From Zancudomyces culisetae HAW-14-8 (lineage: Eukaryota > Fungi > Kickxellomycota), in assembly GCA_052426225.1 (NCBI GenBank), contig JBNJNM010000011.1, forward strand, positions 2,976,001-3,040,000: DNA of 64,000 nt, given 5' to 3'. This document shows, in pieces, positions 35,511 through 48,181 of this stretch; position 1 is the first letter of the stretch; every line of letters starts with the position of its first letter. Both the position numbers and the translations under genes were made by a program. The notes under the pieces were generated by a model that had not been told where the DNA came from, searched no databases, and worked only from the letters and a program-made list of their open reading frames with translations.

Positions 35511-37372
35511 TCTGGTTTTGTTTAATTGTTATACAACTCTGTAAAATAATGGCAAAATACACTAATCACCTCAGAATATCAGTTCACCAACAATAGCATC
35601 ATTAATACGCAGTGTTTTGATGCGACAATTGGTTAATGAATGGTAATTAAGTACATTATTTGGTACTACTGTTTGGCGTGAAGATTGGATGTCTACCTAC
35701 TTGATTCCATGAGATAGTCTGTTCTTTTGAAAAAATAAAAATAAAAAAGAGTTGGTCAACACCAACAGGATTGGTTAACTATTCTCATTATATCTAGTTT
35801 TGTAGAAGCACTGGTATAATTTATCCTTGATGCTTGTATGACACGTATACAAAGCAATCCACAGATACTTGCTTTTTCTATTGCAACAATAGCTGTAGTA
35901 TGTGATGGTTTTTCAATCAAGCATCCTCAACACTCGTCCTTTTTTTTTTGCTTAAACGAATTATAAATAAATACCACATAAATGCCGACCCAGTGAATAT
36001 GCTACAAATGACCAATCTTTCCATTATATTTTTTCTTTTCTTATATTGTATTTTTTAACATTACATGGAATCATAAATACATTATATTTGTAATGCATGA
36101 AGTCAGAACAAAGGAGTGGGCACCCAGGCTTAACAGCAACTACGTCCGATTTCAGCGCTAATCAGTTTTTTCAGGCTGAAGTTTTTGGGGGACCTGGTTT
36201 TTTATAAACATCAAAACATATTTATTGGTCATAAGCTTGCTGTTCAATTACCCAACTAGCCATTTAAGCACAAAAGGCATCTAAAGGCGTTAAAAGGTTT
36301 GCAGAATGTGGTAATGGAATACTAATTTGTGCTGTTTATTTATATCATATCTATAAAGAGCAAAACGTAATAATTTCCAAACATAATCGTCAATCAAAAC
36401 TACGAAAATAACGGAAATTACAATTGCATTGCTAGAGCGTGAATAATAGAATTATACAAAATGTTTCCTAAATTAAAGTCTTTTACAAAATAATAGGCAT
36501 ATACCCATATTTAACTGCGTACATAGGAACAGGATTTTTATGGTTACGCTTGCTCTTTTCCCCCTTCTCAGCTTAAAAAAAGACTCATTCTAAATTGGTC
36601 ATTTTATTACAAAAAAAACTGCCTTAATAACCATTCCTCCTCCAATAAAAGCCTTTTTTGTTGTTTTTTTCGAGATTTTACCAGTTACTTATGGTAGTGA
36701 AACACTCCAGCACCCGTTTTCTGGTTGACCAGCTACGCCTGTTTTTATTGGGAGTATAAAAGCTGACCCATTTTTAATAAGCGAATAAAGCAATGTATTG
36801 GGGGGGAAGGGGGAGGACCAGAAAAAATTAAATGGAAAAATAGAATACAAGTAACGGGAATGGGAATGGGAATGGGAATGGGCGATATAAATATTTCACA
36901 GTATTTATCGAAGGGAGGCAATCAGCGATAAAATCTTGATCATCCGTTTCTTTTTTCTCCTTCTTTTATCTTCTTTCTCCTTTTTAGGATAATTACATAA
37001 AACGTAGATGCTTTACGTTATTTTACCACTTTTGCTAGAGTCAGCTTCCCACTCGATTTGGGTGCAAATAGTTTAAAGCATGAACAGAATAGATAAAATG
37101 AAAATGCCAAAGCGTATACACTTTTGTACTATTGACTGCATAGTCCAAACATCACCCTCCCCCCAACCAACAACATATATTGGCAATTATTACGGAAAAG
37201 TTTTTTTTTATCCATTAAAAACTGAAAATCCAATATTTTTTGCAACTCTCTTTCTACAAACAAATAAGTTTAATACAGTTAACCGTTTACTTCACAAGAA
37301 AACACATAAAAAAGGAGAAAGAAGAGAGACAGCATTGTTCGGGTTATACAAAGAAATGAAAGATTTCGAAAA

Positions 37373-40300
37373 ATGCCAGCCCAAAACCCCCAAAGAAAGC
37401 GAACCCTGAGGTTTGTTCATTATGTTGATCCAAGGCAACCTCCGCAATCAAACCTGCGCGAAATCGAGTATGTATGGCACCATGCCTCAGCAGAAAGCAT
37501 GAGAGAATGTATCCATGGTAGTCCTAACCCAACAACCAAAATCGATGATAATTCCCCTACTGACGATATGTTTTACAGTAACAATGCTACCGAAAAATAT
37601 ATAGAGCGACAATCAATTTTGGGAATCGATTCTCCAAATCCCAGTACAAGTTTTGTAGTAAAGGATACCAACGATAGTAGTAATAATAATAACGATAATG
37701 ATATCAATGGCATGCTGCTTCGTGAAACAGATGGTGATACATTGCCTTATCCTAAAAAATCTTTCAATATCCTATTTAGTGTACAAGATACTGGGAGTCA
37801 TCCAGGGTTTGGCAGAATGAGGCTAAAAAAAGTTCTTATTCCGCAAGCTGTACATAAGCCTTTGTCGAATATGCGCATAACACCCGATGGCACAATACCA
37901 ACACGACCCGAATATTCCAGTGGCTATTCTATGAACACAACGCCCCAAATCTACCACAAGACTAACATCGATACCTTTAAAAGTAATGCCAATAGTATTC
38001 AGAAGTCTTTGCCTCTTTTTGCGAATAACATTATTACACACCACTCTCTTGTTAAGTCCAAGTATGCAAAACGACGCCAGTACCGACAAAGAAAGAACAA
38101 ACAAGATTTAAAATTAAACTCAATTCCAAACACATATGCAAATACAAATCCAAATACAAATCCAAATACAAATACAAATTCTGTTTTAAATTTTAACTCA
38201 AACCAAGCCCAAAAAACCGACTGTTCTTTGCACAGGATTACTCCACATTCAGAGCACCTGTGTCATGAACACACTACGAGTAGCGCTACCCAGATTGTTG
38301 AGTCAGATGAATCGCCAAATACTCTGAAAAGTGTACCCACGATAAGCTCAGCGGGTGCATATATCCCAGACCTGGATTTAAAAATGAATGCAGAACCCAC
38401 TTATTCCGGAAGAGCCGATCCCGGGGATAACATGTTTTATCAGAGAATTTCTCGGCCTACAGTGTTTGAATCTTCGCACAAAATCGATCATGAGTGTACT
38501 GCAGATCATGTAAATAAACGTACAGTACGCTTACATGATACTGAAAAGCCAAAATACAGCAACTATGCGTTTGAGACCGTATGTAACAAATTGGACAATA
38601 AATCTAATACTTTAGACAACTCGGCCTCCGTTACTAGCAACAGCTCTGTGATGGGAGTCGAGATTAGCCCAAAAGAAACGTTCAGTATTAAAAGTGCAGA
38701 AAGCGCAGAAAGTGCAAATACCCTTTTCTCTAGAGACAATAATAGGAACGAGCGTGATAGAAGGGCTGTAGATCAAAGTGAAGATAGCATGCACCAAGAA
38801 GCAGAGGACATGAATGTCACTAAAAAATTACAAAGTGACATTTATAATCTGTTAAACACGGAAAGCCCTGTGAATATATGGAACAAGCTTGGAAAAGTTG
38901 ATACTAATGAAGTGAAAAGTTATGGTCCAGCTCTATCAGGTCTTTATTCAGATGTCCTTGTAAACGCGACCAACAAATATGAGGCACCGTACCGTAAAAA
39001 TTCTTCTACTAATGCCTATGAAACGGAAGATAAACAAATGAAGAGTGGAACCCTCTATTCGCTTTCATTTGAGAGCGATAATGAGAATGAATATGTATTT
39101 ATAAAAGACCTTGATAACGAGAAACTAAGGTTACCAGACTATGACGCCGAAATGGATGTGAGCCTGAAAAAATACAAAGAATTGATACTTATGGCGTTAC
39201 CTCAACTGGAGCTCAGGTGCAATAATCTGTTACTACCAATTAGGACTACGCTGGCCATACAAAATATTAAAAAGAACATGATACCTAAGTATGTGTTGTA
39301 TGCGTTGGTCCTTGTATCATCAAAGTGTGTTGTCCCGCCCTATGATATTGGTTTATTGGCAGATAAGATAGAATTGATAAAAAAATCGCTTTTGAAATAC
39401 ATAGAAAGCTTTAAGAATGAATTGAAAAAGCAAAAGACTAGTAGTTCAGATAGAAAAGTGTATGATTGTAGATTTTTGAACTATATATGGTGTCTTGTGG
39501 CAGTCTGCTCCTATTATGAGCTCTGTGCTGATAGAGAAGCGTTTACAGTGTACTGTAGTAAAGCGATCGACATTTGTTTCCTTTACAAGATGCATAAAAT
39601 GGGGGTGGCTCGATGTGTCAACAAAGAAAATGACGAAAACATCTGTGCGACTTTGGACAAAAATGCCAAAGTGGACGACAATAGGACTTCCAGCAGCACG
39701 AACAAAGTTGAAAGTGAGTGTAAGAAGAATGGGATGAACGATGTCACTTCGATACTAATTGAATACAAAAGAAGGATCTGGTGGATGGTATTTCTGCGAT
39801 ACAGCGGTTTGTATAGGTATTTCGGGCTATATTCTGATAACGATCCCAGAGATATCACAGCAGAACTGCCACAGTGTGATTGCGTGTGGAATAATAGTAT
39901 TGGAAATGGATGTCTGAATAATCAAGCGGATACTTTTGATGAGAATGCTCACAAGTCGACGCTAATGCCAACATCAACATCAGAATCAACATCAACATCA
40001 ACATCAACATCAACATCAACATCAACATCAACATCAACATCAACACCACCTAACTCTGGACTTCAAGCGAGCACCACCTTTAAAAGAACTGACACCAGTA
40101 ACACCGAATTTGGGGTTTCTGGTTATAGCTTGGGGCTTAGTTCTCTGCGGATTCAAATAGACTTGCTTCTTAATGAAGTATACCATTACACTAATAAAAG
40201 AGTGATATCACAAGTAGCTACTGTGGAAGATTCAAGAAAAATGCTAGATTTGATCAAACGGGTGAATCATCTTTCACACGTTCTCGAAACTTTAACGGTT

Positions 40301-41428
40301 AACAACATTGAAAGTCTACTAGAACCTCTGGAGGATGTCAATAAAAATAATAGCATCGAAAAGAATCCGTACAGGAATAAACACGGCGTACAGAAGCTAA
40401 TTATGAGGCTTTGGACCCTTCAGTTGATGGTTAGAGAGGCAAAGCTGGTGCTCATCTTGCTTGAACTGTATAAATTTGACAATCTCACACCAACACAGCA
40501 AGAAGTGGAAAGAATCAAGGGCTTGAAGTCGATGTGTATTGACATTTCTTTGCAAATAGTTGAGCTGTGTAAGTGGTGGTGGGCTAACGTCTCTATTACG
40601 GAATGGGATCCAAATATTAGAGCCACAATTGCGATCGCTAGTTTGGTTCTTTCGTTTGTCATATTGATAACTGATCATCCTCTCCTACCTGATATTGCTC
40701 GCGGCTTGCTTCTTATGCTTGATATTTCTCATAACGGGGCCCGCATCTACCGCACCTTTAGCTTTACTACTAAAATGGTCAATCTTTGCTTCAACTTCTT
40801 TGTTTATCGGTTCAAACACGGCATATTTTATAATTATCCATATTCCACATCCAACACTAGTGCCACGTGCTCTCTCACCAAAAATGATTTGCTAGCTTGG
40901 ATATTAACACCAAACGTGTTTTCTTTTGGTTCCTGGGCTTTTAAAATTTGCTTTGAGAGATATAACATTGTCAATCGTCAGCTTTCACACGACAAGACCA
41001 ACACTAGTGCCACTAGTACTAGTGTTGATACCGAGAACAGTGCTGATAAAGCCTCAAACCACACGCAATACCCCTCTCTTCTTGATCCCACACTATTAAG
41101 CTCACAAAGTACGCCTTTTGTATGTGGACACTTCCTTCCAGAAAAGAGCTATTTGGTTTCCAGGTTTGTTGGATATCTGGAGCTATACCTCGCCCATTGC
41201 TCTCCATACGATGATGCTTTTTTTCTTTCAATCGAAAAGTTCAAACCAACGAATACCGAGTGCCCTAACTCTGATGAAACCTTCCAAAACACCAGTTACC
41301 TGGAAATAACACCTAACAATAACACCAAGCCATTCAAAATAATTGAGGTCCACAAATTTCTCAAATCTATATGCCATTTGGATAACTGTGAAATAGAAAG
41401 CGCTATAAAATCTGTACTTAATTCATAA
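37373..41428 (+). CDS. Fungal-specific transcription factor domain protein (no Zn2Cys6 cluster visible)
   Basis: 1351-aa ORF. YVLYALVLVSS, AIDICFLYKMHK, IEYKRRIWWMVF and ELPQCD resemble the Fungal_trans middle homology region. Long low-complexity N-terminus. Confidence 0.7.
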   Translation: MPAQNPQRKRTLRFVHYVDPRQPPQSNLREIEYVWHHASAESMRECIHGSPNPTTKIDDNSPTDDMFYSNNATEKYIERQSILGIDSPNPSTSFVVKDTNDSSNNNNDNDINGMLLRETDGDTLPYPKKSFNILFSVQDTGSHPGFGRMRLKKVLIPQAVHKPLSNMRITPDGTIPTRPEYSSGYSMNTTPQIYHKTNIDTFKSNANSIQKSLPLFANNIITHHSLVKSKYAKRRQYRQRKNKQDLKLNSIPNTYANTNPNTNPNTNTNSVLNFNSNQAQKTDCSLHRITPHSEHLCHEHTTSSATQIVESDESPNTLKSVPTISSAGAYIPDLDLKMNAEPTYSGRADPGDNMFYQRISRPTVFESSHKIDHECTADHVNKRTVRLHDTEKPKYSNYAFETVCNKLDNKSNTLDNSASVTSNSSVMGVEISPKETFSIKSAESAESANTLFSRDNNRNERDRRAVDQSEDSMHQEAEDMNVTKKLQSDIYNLLNTESPVNIWNKLGKVDTNEVKSYGPALSGLYSDVLVNATNKYEAPYRKNSSTNAYETEDKQMKSGTLYSLSFESDNENEYVFIKDLDNEKLRLPDYDAEMDVSLKKYKELILMALPQLELRCNNLLLPIRTTLAIQNIKKNMIPKYVLYALVLVSSKCVVPPYDIGLLADKIELIKKSLLKYIESFKNELKKQKTSSSDRKVYDCRFLNYIWCLVAVCSYYELCADREAFTVYCSKAIDICFLYKMHKMGVARCVNKENDENICATLDKNAKVDDNRTSSSTNKVESECKKNGMNDVTSILIEYKRRIWWMVFLRYSGLYRYFGLYSDNDPRDITAELPQCDCVWNNSIGNGCLNNQADTFDENAHKSTLMPTSTSESTSTSTSTSTSTSTSTSTSTPPNSGLQASTTFKRTDTSNTEFGVSGYSLGLSSLRIQIDLLLNEVYHYTNKRVISQVATVEDSRKMLDLIKRVNHLSHVLETLTVNNIESLLEPLEDVNKNNSIEKNPYRNKHGVQKLIMRLWTLQLMVREAKLVLILLELYKFDNLTPTQQEVERIKGLKSMCIDISLQIVELCKWWWANVSITEWDPNIRATIAIASLVLSFVILITDHPLLPDIARGLLLMLDISHNGARIYRTFSFTTKMVNLCFNFFVYRFKHGIFYNYPYSTSNTSATCSLTKNDLLAWILTPNVFSFGSWAFKICFERYNIVNRQLSHDKTNTSATSTSVDTENSADKASNHTQYPSLLDPTLLSSQSTPFVCGHFLPEKSYLVSRFVGYLELYLAHCSPYDDAFFLSIEKFKPTNTECPNSDETFQNTSYLEITPNNNTKPFKIIEVHKFLKSICHLDNCEIESAIKSVLNS

Positions 41429-41594
41429 TGGCTACTAGTCCCAATGATTGTTTTGTTTTAAATATATATTTTAATATGTGCAATACAACGCAAATGTAGA
41501 TAGATATTCAAAAGAAAAGCACATCATTATTGTTCTGCATTGTAAAATAAAGCGTAATAAAGAGCCAGATAAAACAAATGAAAATATTCTATTG

Positions 41595-42146
41595 CTACTC
41601 GTCTTCTTCAAACACTGCCAGTATACACATGAGAACTAGGACTACAAATTTCAATTGTGGATAATCACTAAAATATATTGTTGCCATTCCTACATATGGA
41701 ATCATCCCATACACCCTCCCAAAAATCATATCTCTGCTCAGCCACAACTGACCATCGTTATACAATCCTCTGTCATCTACGGCGTTGTTGTCGCCTTTGG
41801 TTAATAGATATTGCTTTGTTTGGCCGTCATCCTGTTTGACATCGTGCACTTGCATCACCCTGTGTACTATTGGAATTTCTTTCCCTTCGACCCGATAAAC
41901 CACTATCTCGCCAACTTCTATATTGCTACTCTTTTCCGAACCATTATACAAAAATAATACATCTCCTCTATAGAAAGCAGGCTCCATACTTCCACTGAGC
42001 ACAACTACAGCTGGCGACTCGCAGTTTGTCATCACACCAATCGTTCTCCATAGCATATAAGCAGATGTTAGGACACTTATGAATGTCAGCCCCTGCTTCA
42101 GAAAATTTCTGATTCCGTTTCTTTTGATTGATTTTACTATATCCAT
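41595..42146 (-). CDS. SEC11: Signal peptidase complex catalytic subunit
   Basis: ESPAVVVLSGSMEPAFYRGD, IPIVHRV, LTKGDNNAVDDRGLY. Confidence 0.97.
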   Translation of the reverse strand: MDIVKSIKRNGIRNFLKQGLTFISVLTSAYMLWRTIGVMTNCESPAVVVLSGSMEPAFYRGDVLFLYNGSEKSSNIEVGEIVVYRVEGKEIPIVHRVMQVHDVKQDDGQTKQYLLTKGDNNAVDDRGLYNDGQLWLSRDMIFGRVYGMIPYVGMATIYFSDYPQLKFVVLVLMCILAVFEEDE

Positions 42147-42299
42147 TCTCGAGATTGTTTGTTTGTTTTTCTGTAAGAATTGCTAAGGTGGTACTTCTTT
42201 TAATACACTGTGGTTATTTGTTTTCTTTTATGTGCGCTATTTTAATTTCAGATATACGTAAAGTTTAATTATTGGTAAACGTGCAAGGTTGTAAACAAG

Positions 42300-43900
42300 G
42301 CGTGCTTTTGGCTTTGTTGAATAATGGAATAGTCGTAATTTCTCGCATTTGTATGGACAATTTATTTACAGCAAAGAGTTTAAATGCACAAATTTAGTAC
42401 TTGGTGCAGAATGGTCATAAAATCGCTAGCTATACCTTATTGATATTGCACCTGGACCTCAATAAGGGGGTTGTCAGGATGATAGCCGTGAGGTGATGCT
42501 CAAAGACTTTCACAAATTTTGCTTTAAATAGGAGTGGATAAATAGATCTAGGGGGTATTAATAGAGTTTTTTATGATGTTTTTTACATGTAAAATAACCA
42601 TTTTTACGAGTTTTTAGTCACATTGTGTACAAAAAGTACAAAAGAAAGAGGTGAAACGAAAGTCTGGAATTATGAACTTATCTCCTGGAGGTCGCTATGT
42701 TACCTATATTACTGTCTCTTGTCACATAAAACATATGAGTATTCATTTGACATTTTAAAAATAAAGATATATCAAAGTATACGCTTTTTTTTACTGGGAA
42801 AAAGGGTTGGATTTTGTTCGCATATTTTACCTTCTGCTGAATATTTTGTGTGATGGTAAAAACACATATTTAACATTCAAAAATGGATAGCCATCCGCAA
42901 TATTAATCGCTATTGTATCAAAGTAGATATGTACTTTGTGGTGCTACCCTTTTTCTTTATATTTATGTTTGTGGATTTCTTTGTGTTTATTTACTTTCAG
43001 CTACAAAGCACCACAATTTAAGCCCACGGGATCTTTAAAAATATTTATAGTCAAAGGATAATACGCAGTTCTAAAAGTGGTACAAAGTTAATAAAATAGC
43101 TTTACGCTACGCTTTGTTTAACAATCAACATTAGTTATCTTTACACTCTCATTGCCCCGCTATAGCCTTTTAAACAACGTTTTTTTTGTAATTTCTCACC
43201 AATGCCCATATATACATATATATTTTATTATAGCACTTTTGCGTGACTTGTGACAATGCGTTGGTATCCAAAACTACTAAAATGTAGGTGATTAAGTATG
43301 TTTAAACTAAAAAATTATTTTTTGTGTATTCCTGAGTATCTTTAATAATCTAAGTGTGAGTAATTGTGAATATTGGAGGTGGTAAGGGTTGGAGCCTTTG
43401 CGTCTAAACTTCGATTCAATGTGTTTATTCAATTCTAGTAACATATATGCAAGATTTAGGAAGCAACTTTTTTTTCACTACTTAATACACATTTAGGTCT
43501 TTCAGAGGCGCATCAGCAGTCTCAGCGTGTTAGCCATTCAGATACAACCAAAATATGTAGTTATCCTTACCACTGGTTCAAATTCTACAAATCTAGGCTT
43601 TTTTTATCGATATGGCCTCAATGGGTAAAGAAGTATAATATATAAGAGTGGGTCGGTTGGTGTGCTTTTAAACGCAGCTACAAGGTATTTGATTGTCACA
43701 GATATAGGATTATGTATTGTTTCTACTGAAATGGGGATAATAACAGGCCTTTTTATATATTTGAATATTAAGGTGGTATATTTGAAGCTCCGTTATATAT
43801 TACGCAATAGAGAAAATTGGCACTATCACCTAACAGGTTTTAAAATACCAATTTATAAATTAAGGGTGTATGATTCGACAAGGTTTTGGCTGGAGGGAAA
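42300..43900 (+). mobile_element. Compacted Ty3/gypsy pol relic (RT-RNase H-integrase)
   Basis: Ordered motifs ALLNNGIVVIS, RICMD..SLNAQ, LHLDLNKG..KT..F, EFL(G)HIV, SLCYLYY, CGATL, IVTDIG, ENWHYHL across frameshifts. Confidence 0.55.
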
Positions 43901-44918
43901 TTAACCTATACAGTAGATCGAATATAAACAAAAGCTGGCATTTATCTTGGGCCAAACAACTACTGGGAATTTGATGAAAAAATGCGAGAAACAGGCGGGA
44001 AGTTGTAATAGAAATATAGGTGAATCAAATAGCATTTTCTCAATGCCCGAATTTATTAAATTAGTATCTTAGTTTGGTATAAAATCTCAATTAGGTGTAG
44101 TGTAAATATCAGGGATTAAATTAAATGCGGATAAATGAAAAAAAATGGATAAATCGGCAGACACAAATTTTTGGGTTGTGAGTATGGAGCTCAAAAACAG
44201 TTCTGCAATTACAAAATCAAAAGTTGTGAGAGATCCAGTCCTGGAAATCACAACTTTTTCTTTTCTTTTTTTTTGAATCTGGGCCAATATCTCTACATAC
44301 TAAATTCAGCTAAATTAATGCCTGAAATGTTAGGCTGAGAAACTAAAATTTATCTAAATTCATCAACATCACAACTATAGTAACAAATGGGTTTGAGAGT
44401 CGTGCTATATATGACTTCCAAATTGGAACATGTATATACCTGAATAGTTAAGTACAATTCCAACCACAAACAAGTTGCACGAAAAACAAAAAGAGTAAAA
44501 AAGTAAAAAAGTAAAAAAGAAAATAAAAGGGTACGCTTTTAGTAACGCTATCTATGAGAGGCTTTTCAAAACTCTCAAGGGTATTTACGTCAAGTATTAG
44601 CTTGAATTAAATAATTTATTTTATATACGGGTTTTATCCCAAAACCCGACTGTTTAGGCGACAGAAAGAGCATAAAAAATTATAAAAAGCGAGACTGTTA
44701 TTATTTTTGTAACTTTTTTTCTATTATTTCTGTCAAAGTGATCAAGATAGGTCGTACTATTTAACAAAGAAAAAAATAAAACACTATTCCAGCTCGACTT
44801 TCCTTCACACTTGGAGCTGATACATGGAAAGGGTGCATTTCCTATTATTCGAATAAAAGAGATACGTATAGAAATAACACAGAGAGAAAAAAGAGAAAAA
44901 GAGAAAGAGAAAAAGAGA

Positions 44919-45648
44919 ATGGGGAATTCAAAGAGTCTTATGTGTTGTGGCGATGCGAGTGACGATAGGACAGGAGATACTCGAACTACCACCATAGAAA
45001 AGCGCAAAACAGAGAGAAATGAAAACGAAAGAAGCAATCTAGTGCATGAAAGAGTAGAACCGCAGGAGAAAAGAGACAACGTTGCCCCTGTATCCGAAAA
45101 TACAGAAATATCTGAAAAGGTGAATGATCTTAAAATCGAAAACGATCAGGTTAGAGATTCTAGTGAAAAAGACATAGAGAAGCAGACAGAAGAGGTATAC
45201 ATTGAAAAAGATGAACCAAGGGCTTCTGCAGAGACAGGCACTCTGGATAAAAGTACAGAAAATATAGCGTCTGAGGAGGTTTTAAGGGCAAGTGCTGAGA
45301 TGCAATCGCTGCTACCTGATGTTGCTGAGGTAGACAACGAGTTCACCAGTGAACTGATGCGTGAGATTGAAGTTAAGGCACAGGGTATGGGGCAAGAGGA
45401 GGCGGAAGCTTTTCAAAACATTCGTATGCCGGTTGCTGAAGATTCAATAGATGCACAACAGCCCCAGAGCATGCTTGATCAACGGTTTTCAGGTAGTAGC
45501 CAAGACGGAGACAATGAGGGAGAAAACATGTTGGTATTGGCAGAGGTAGACGCAGATGGCAGTGGTGAGCTTTTTAGAGAAAAAAGCCTGAAAGAGCATA
45601 TGAACGGTAACGAGGTGCAACCAGGTATGAATTATAACATTTAAGTAG

Positions 45649-45681
<33 letters not shown>

Positions 45682-46606
45682 GGAAGTAAGGGAGGTTTTT
45701 TTTTGAAGGGGTCTTTATTATATTAAGGAGTGTTTAGCTACAAAATATCTTTTATAACAAGAGACAATTTTAACTATAGAAGTTGAAATACTGAAAAGCA
45801 CAAATGTTTCGGATCCCCTTGCAGTAGATTCGCGAAGAAGTGCAGATTTCAGGAGAAGTTTGATCAAGAAGAGTGAAGACACAAACAGAAGGGCCTCAAA
45901 AAGCATGAGTGTCAATACGAGGAATAGTACAAGACCACATAGGAAACCAAAAAGCAAAAGTGGCTTTACACATGAAAGCAGCGGTTCGACTCCAAGTTTC
46001 AGCGTAAACAGCGCCAAAATCGATGTAGATAGTCGTGTGGACCCAGCAGGGATGAGTAAAGAGAGTGTTTCTGGAAACCAGTATTCTTCTAGCACGGAGT
46101 ATGTTTTTAGAAAATCGCATTATTTGTCAATATGCGAATCGGCGATGTACTTGGATTTTGCTGATTTTTTGAAGGAGCAAAGAGTTTCTGGTACTGATAC
46201 CGATAAACACCAAGGTGCAGTTCAGGAAGAAGTCAAAAAAGATTTCGCCGGAGACGCATCCTCTTACCAAAGCCTCGACCCTACAAAAACAAAAATATTT
46301 GAGAATTTAACCACTGGTAGCGATACAAAACATAATTTCGTAGAAGAAAAAGCCTCTGCTGTCTCACAGAGTGACAGGGCCTTGGAAGATAGTGTTAGTG
46401 CTAGTGATAAATACGCAGAGGATGAAAAATCATCATTCATACTCTCGTTGGAACGCAAGAACCACAATCGTATGGAGCCGGATAATTTCTCGAGATCATC
46501 TAATAGCATTGTTTTGGACCTGGTCCTAAACAACGATTCGACTTTTTTACTTCAAAATAATTCCCTTTTTGCCTCAGAATTCGGAAAAGATTTTAAGAAA
46601 TTATAA
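44919..46606 (+). CDS. Orphan acidic protein with N-myristoylation/palmitoylation signal, 2 exons (intron about 45625-45761)
   Basis: Starts MGNSKSLMCCG. A GTATGA..AAG intron containing (TTG)n joins ORFs 44811-45644 and 45860-46606 in frame. Confidence 0.65.
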
Positions 46607-46985
46607 TCTCAAATCCTATTGTTAGTCTTTATTTCCATTGTTTCTGATTCCCATAATCAACTAACTACTAATGTTATTTTACAATATATTATCGATAATA
46701 GGCCATTAGACTTTTGGCTTTTACTATACTCGTGGCACACTCCCACAAAATAATAAACACATATACTAATATTTGCGCGATAAAAAACCCAAGAATTGGT
46801 GATTGGGGATGTACAGGTGGTTATTTGGCTGTTGATCAGCTATGCATAAGCGACTGCCGTACAGAAAAGAGTTTTGATCATAGAGTTTTGATCATAGAGC
46901 TTTGTCAACAGTTTATAGAACCCCATACAATCTCTATTTTTCACATATCCCCACCTGAGGTATACCCCCACTGCCTTCTGTTCGT

Positions 46986-48181
46986 CTAAAAAAACACTTC
47001 TCCAATAGTTATGACGTCTGGATCCACTAGGCCGTACTTTGTCGTTAACTGTGTGTATCTGGAAAACAAGTAGTTCATGTGCTAAGTGTGAAAATAAATA
47101 TAATATTAGCATTCGTGCTTTATAAAGACCATTTGTGCAGCTTCAAAAGTCTGAATATTTTTTGAAACAAATAAAGGATGTCACAAGAACTAATGCATAA
47201 ATGTATAAACAAGCAAACAAACCTCAAAGCGTTCAAACGACTCTCTATGGCTGCAGTAGGCATGAGAAAATACTTGGTATAGCCGATATGAAAACTCGGA
47301 AAATAATGGTTTGCAACTTTCCTGAAGAGCTATTGGACTCTGGAAAATATCGTCGGTATTCAATTTATGTATAATATAGTCTATCATGTGAACGATACAC
47401 TCAAAGGCTGAACAGTTCTAAGGCACATATATGTGGATAGTATATATTATATACACACGCAGTATTGCCGAATCATGGGGCTGAGGAAGAATTATATTTC
47501 TATTTACATCTAAACTTGATCTATAATACACAATTCTATCTTTTCATTGCTTTCATATGTAGACTTGTCAAATACCTACCCTCTTTTCATTATGTAGATA
47601 GCATTCGGCGGTCTTATCTTCAAATACGAGTTTAGGACATGATTCTTTATCGCATTCGTGTGCCAATAGTAGAATAAGTCCGTTAACTTCTATGCAAATT
47701 TGGCTGGATAGAATAATTTCAAGACACATACGTTAATTATTGCACAGTACTACCTTACAGCAAAGGCAAAGAAAAAATAAGGATGAAGTTGGTCATGATA
47801 TGAAAATAAAAATACCACACGTATATGTGTGTGTAGAACTGTGTGAATATGATTTAATAGTATTTTGGAGGCAGTAATTACCAGAAATGCTCATATATCC
47901 AAGTATAGGTATTACAGTGTGTTGGTGTTTGTACAATAAAATCTACATCGTCCGATTCTGTTCTTATGAGGTACTTTAGATACTCTTTTAAGTATAGCCC
48001 ATCCTTCGATTTTAATGAATCCGGTGGTTCTACTTTCCAACTATAGCAATCCTAAAAATGCACAAAGACACACCATTGTATAAACAAAAGCCTTTTATAC
48101 ACTTTTAGAGTAACGTTTATTATGAACTACCTCTTCAGTCATTCCAGGTATGTTTACTTTTAGATTTTCACTCAATTCCAT
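46986..48181 (-). CDS. MOB4: MOB4/phocein (Mob3, STRIPAK subunit), 5 exons
   Basis: NIPGMTEEDCYSW..LKEYL..WIYEHFCQICIEVNGL..ECDKESCP..RLYQVFSHAYCSHRESFERFE..LFSRYTQLTTKYGLV follows the phocein pattern throughout. Confidence 0.88.
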
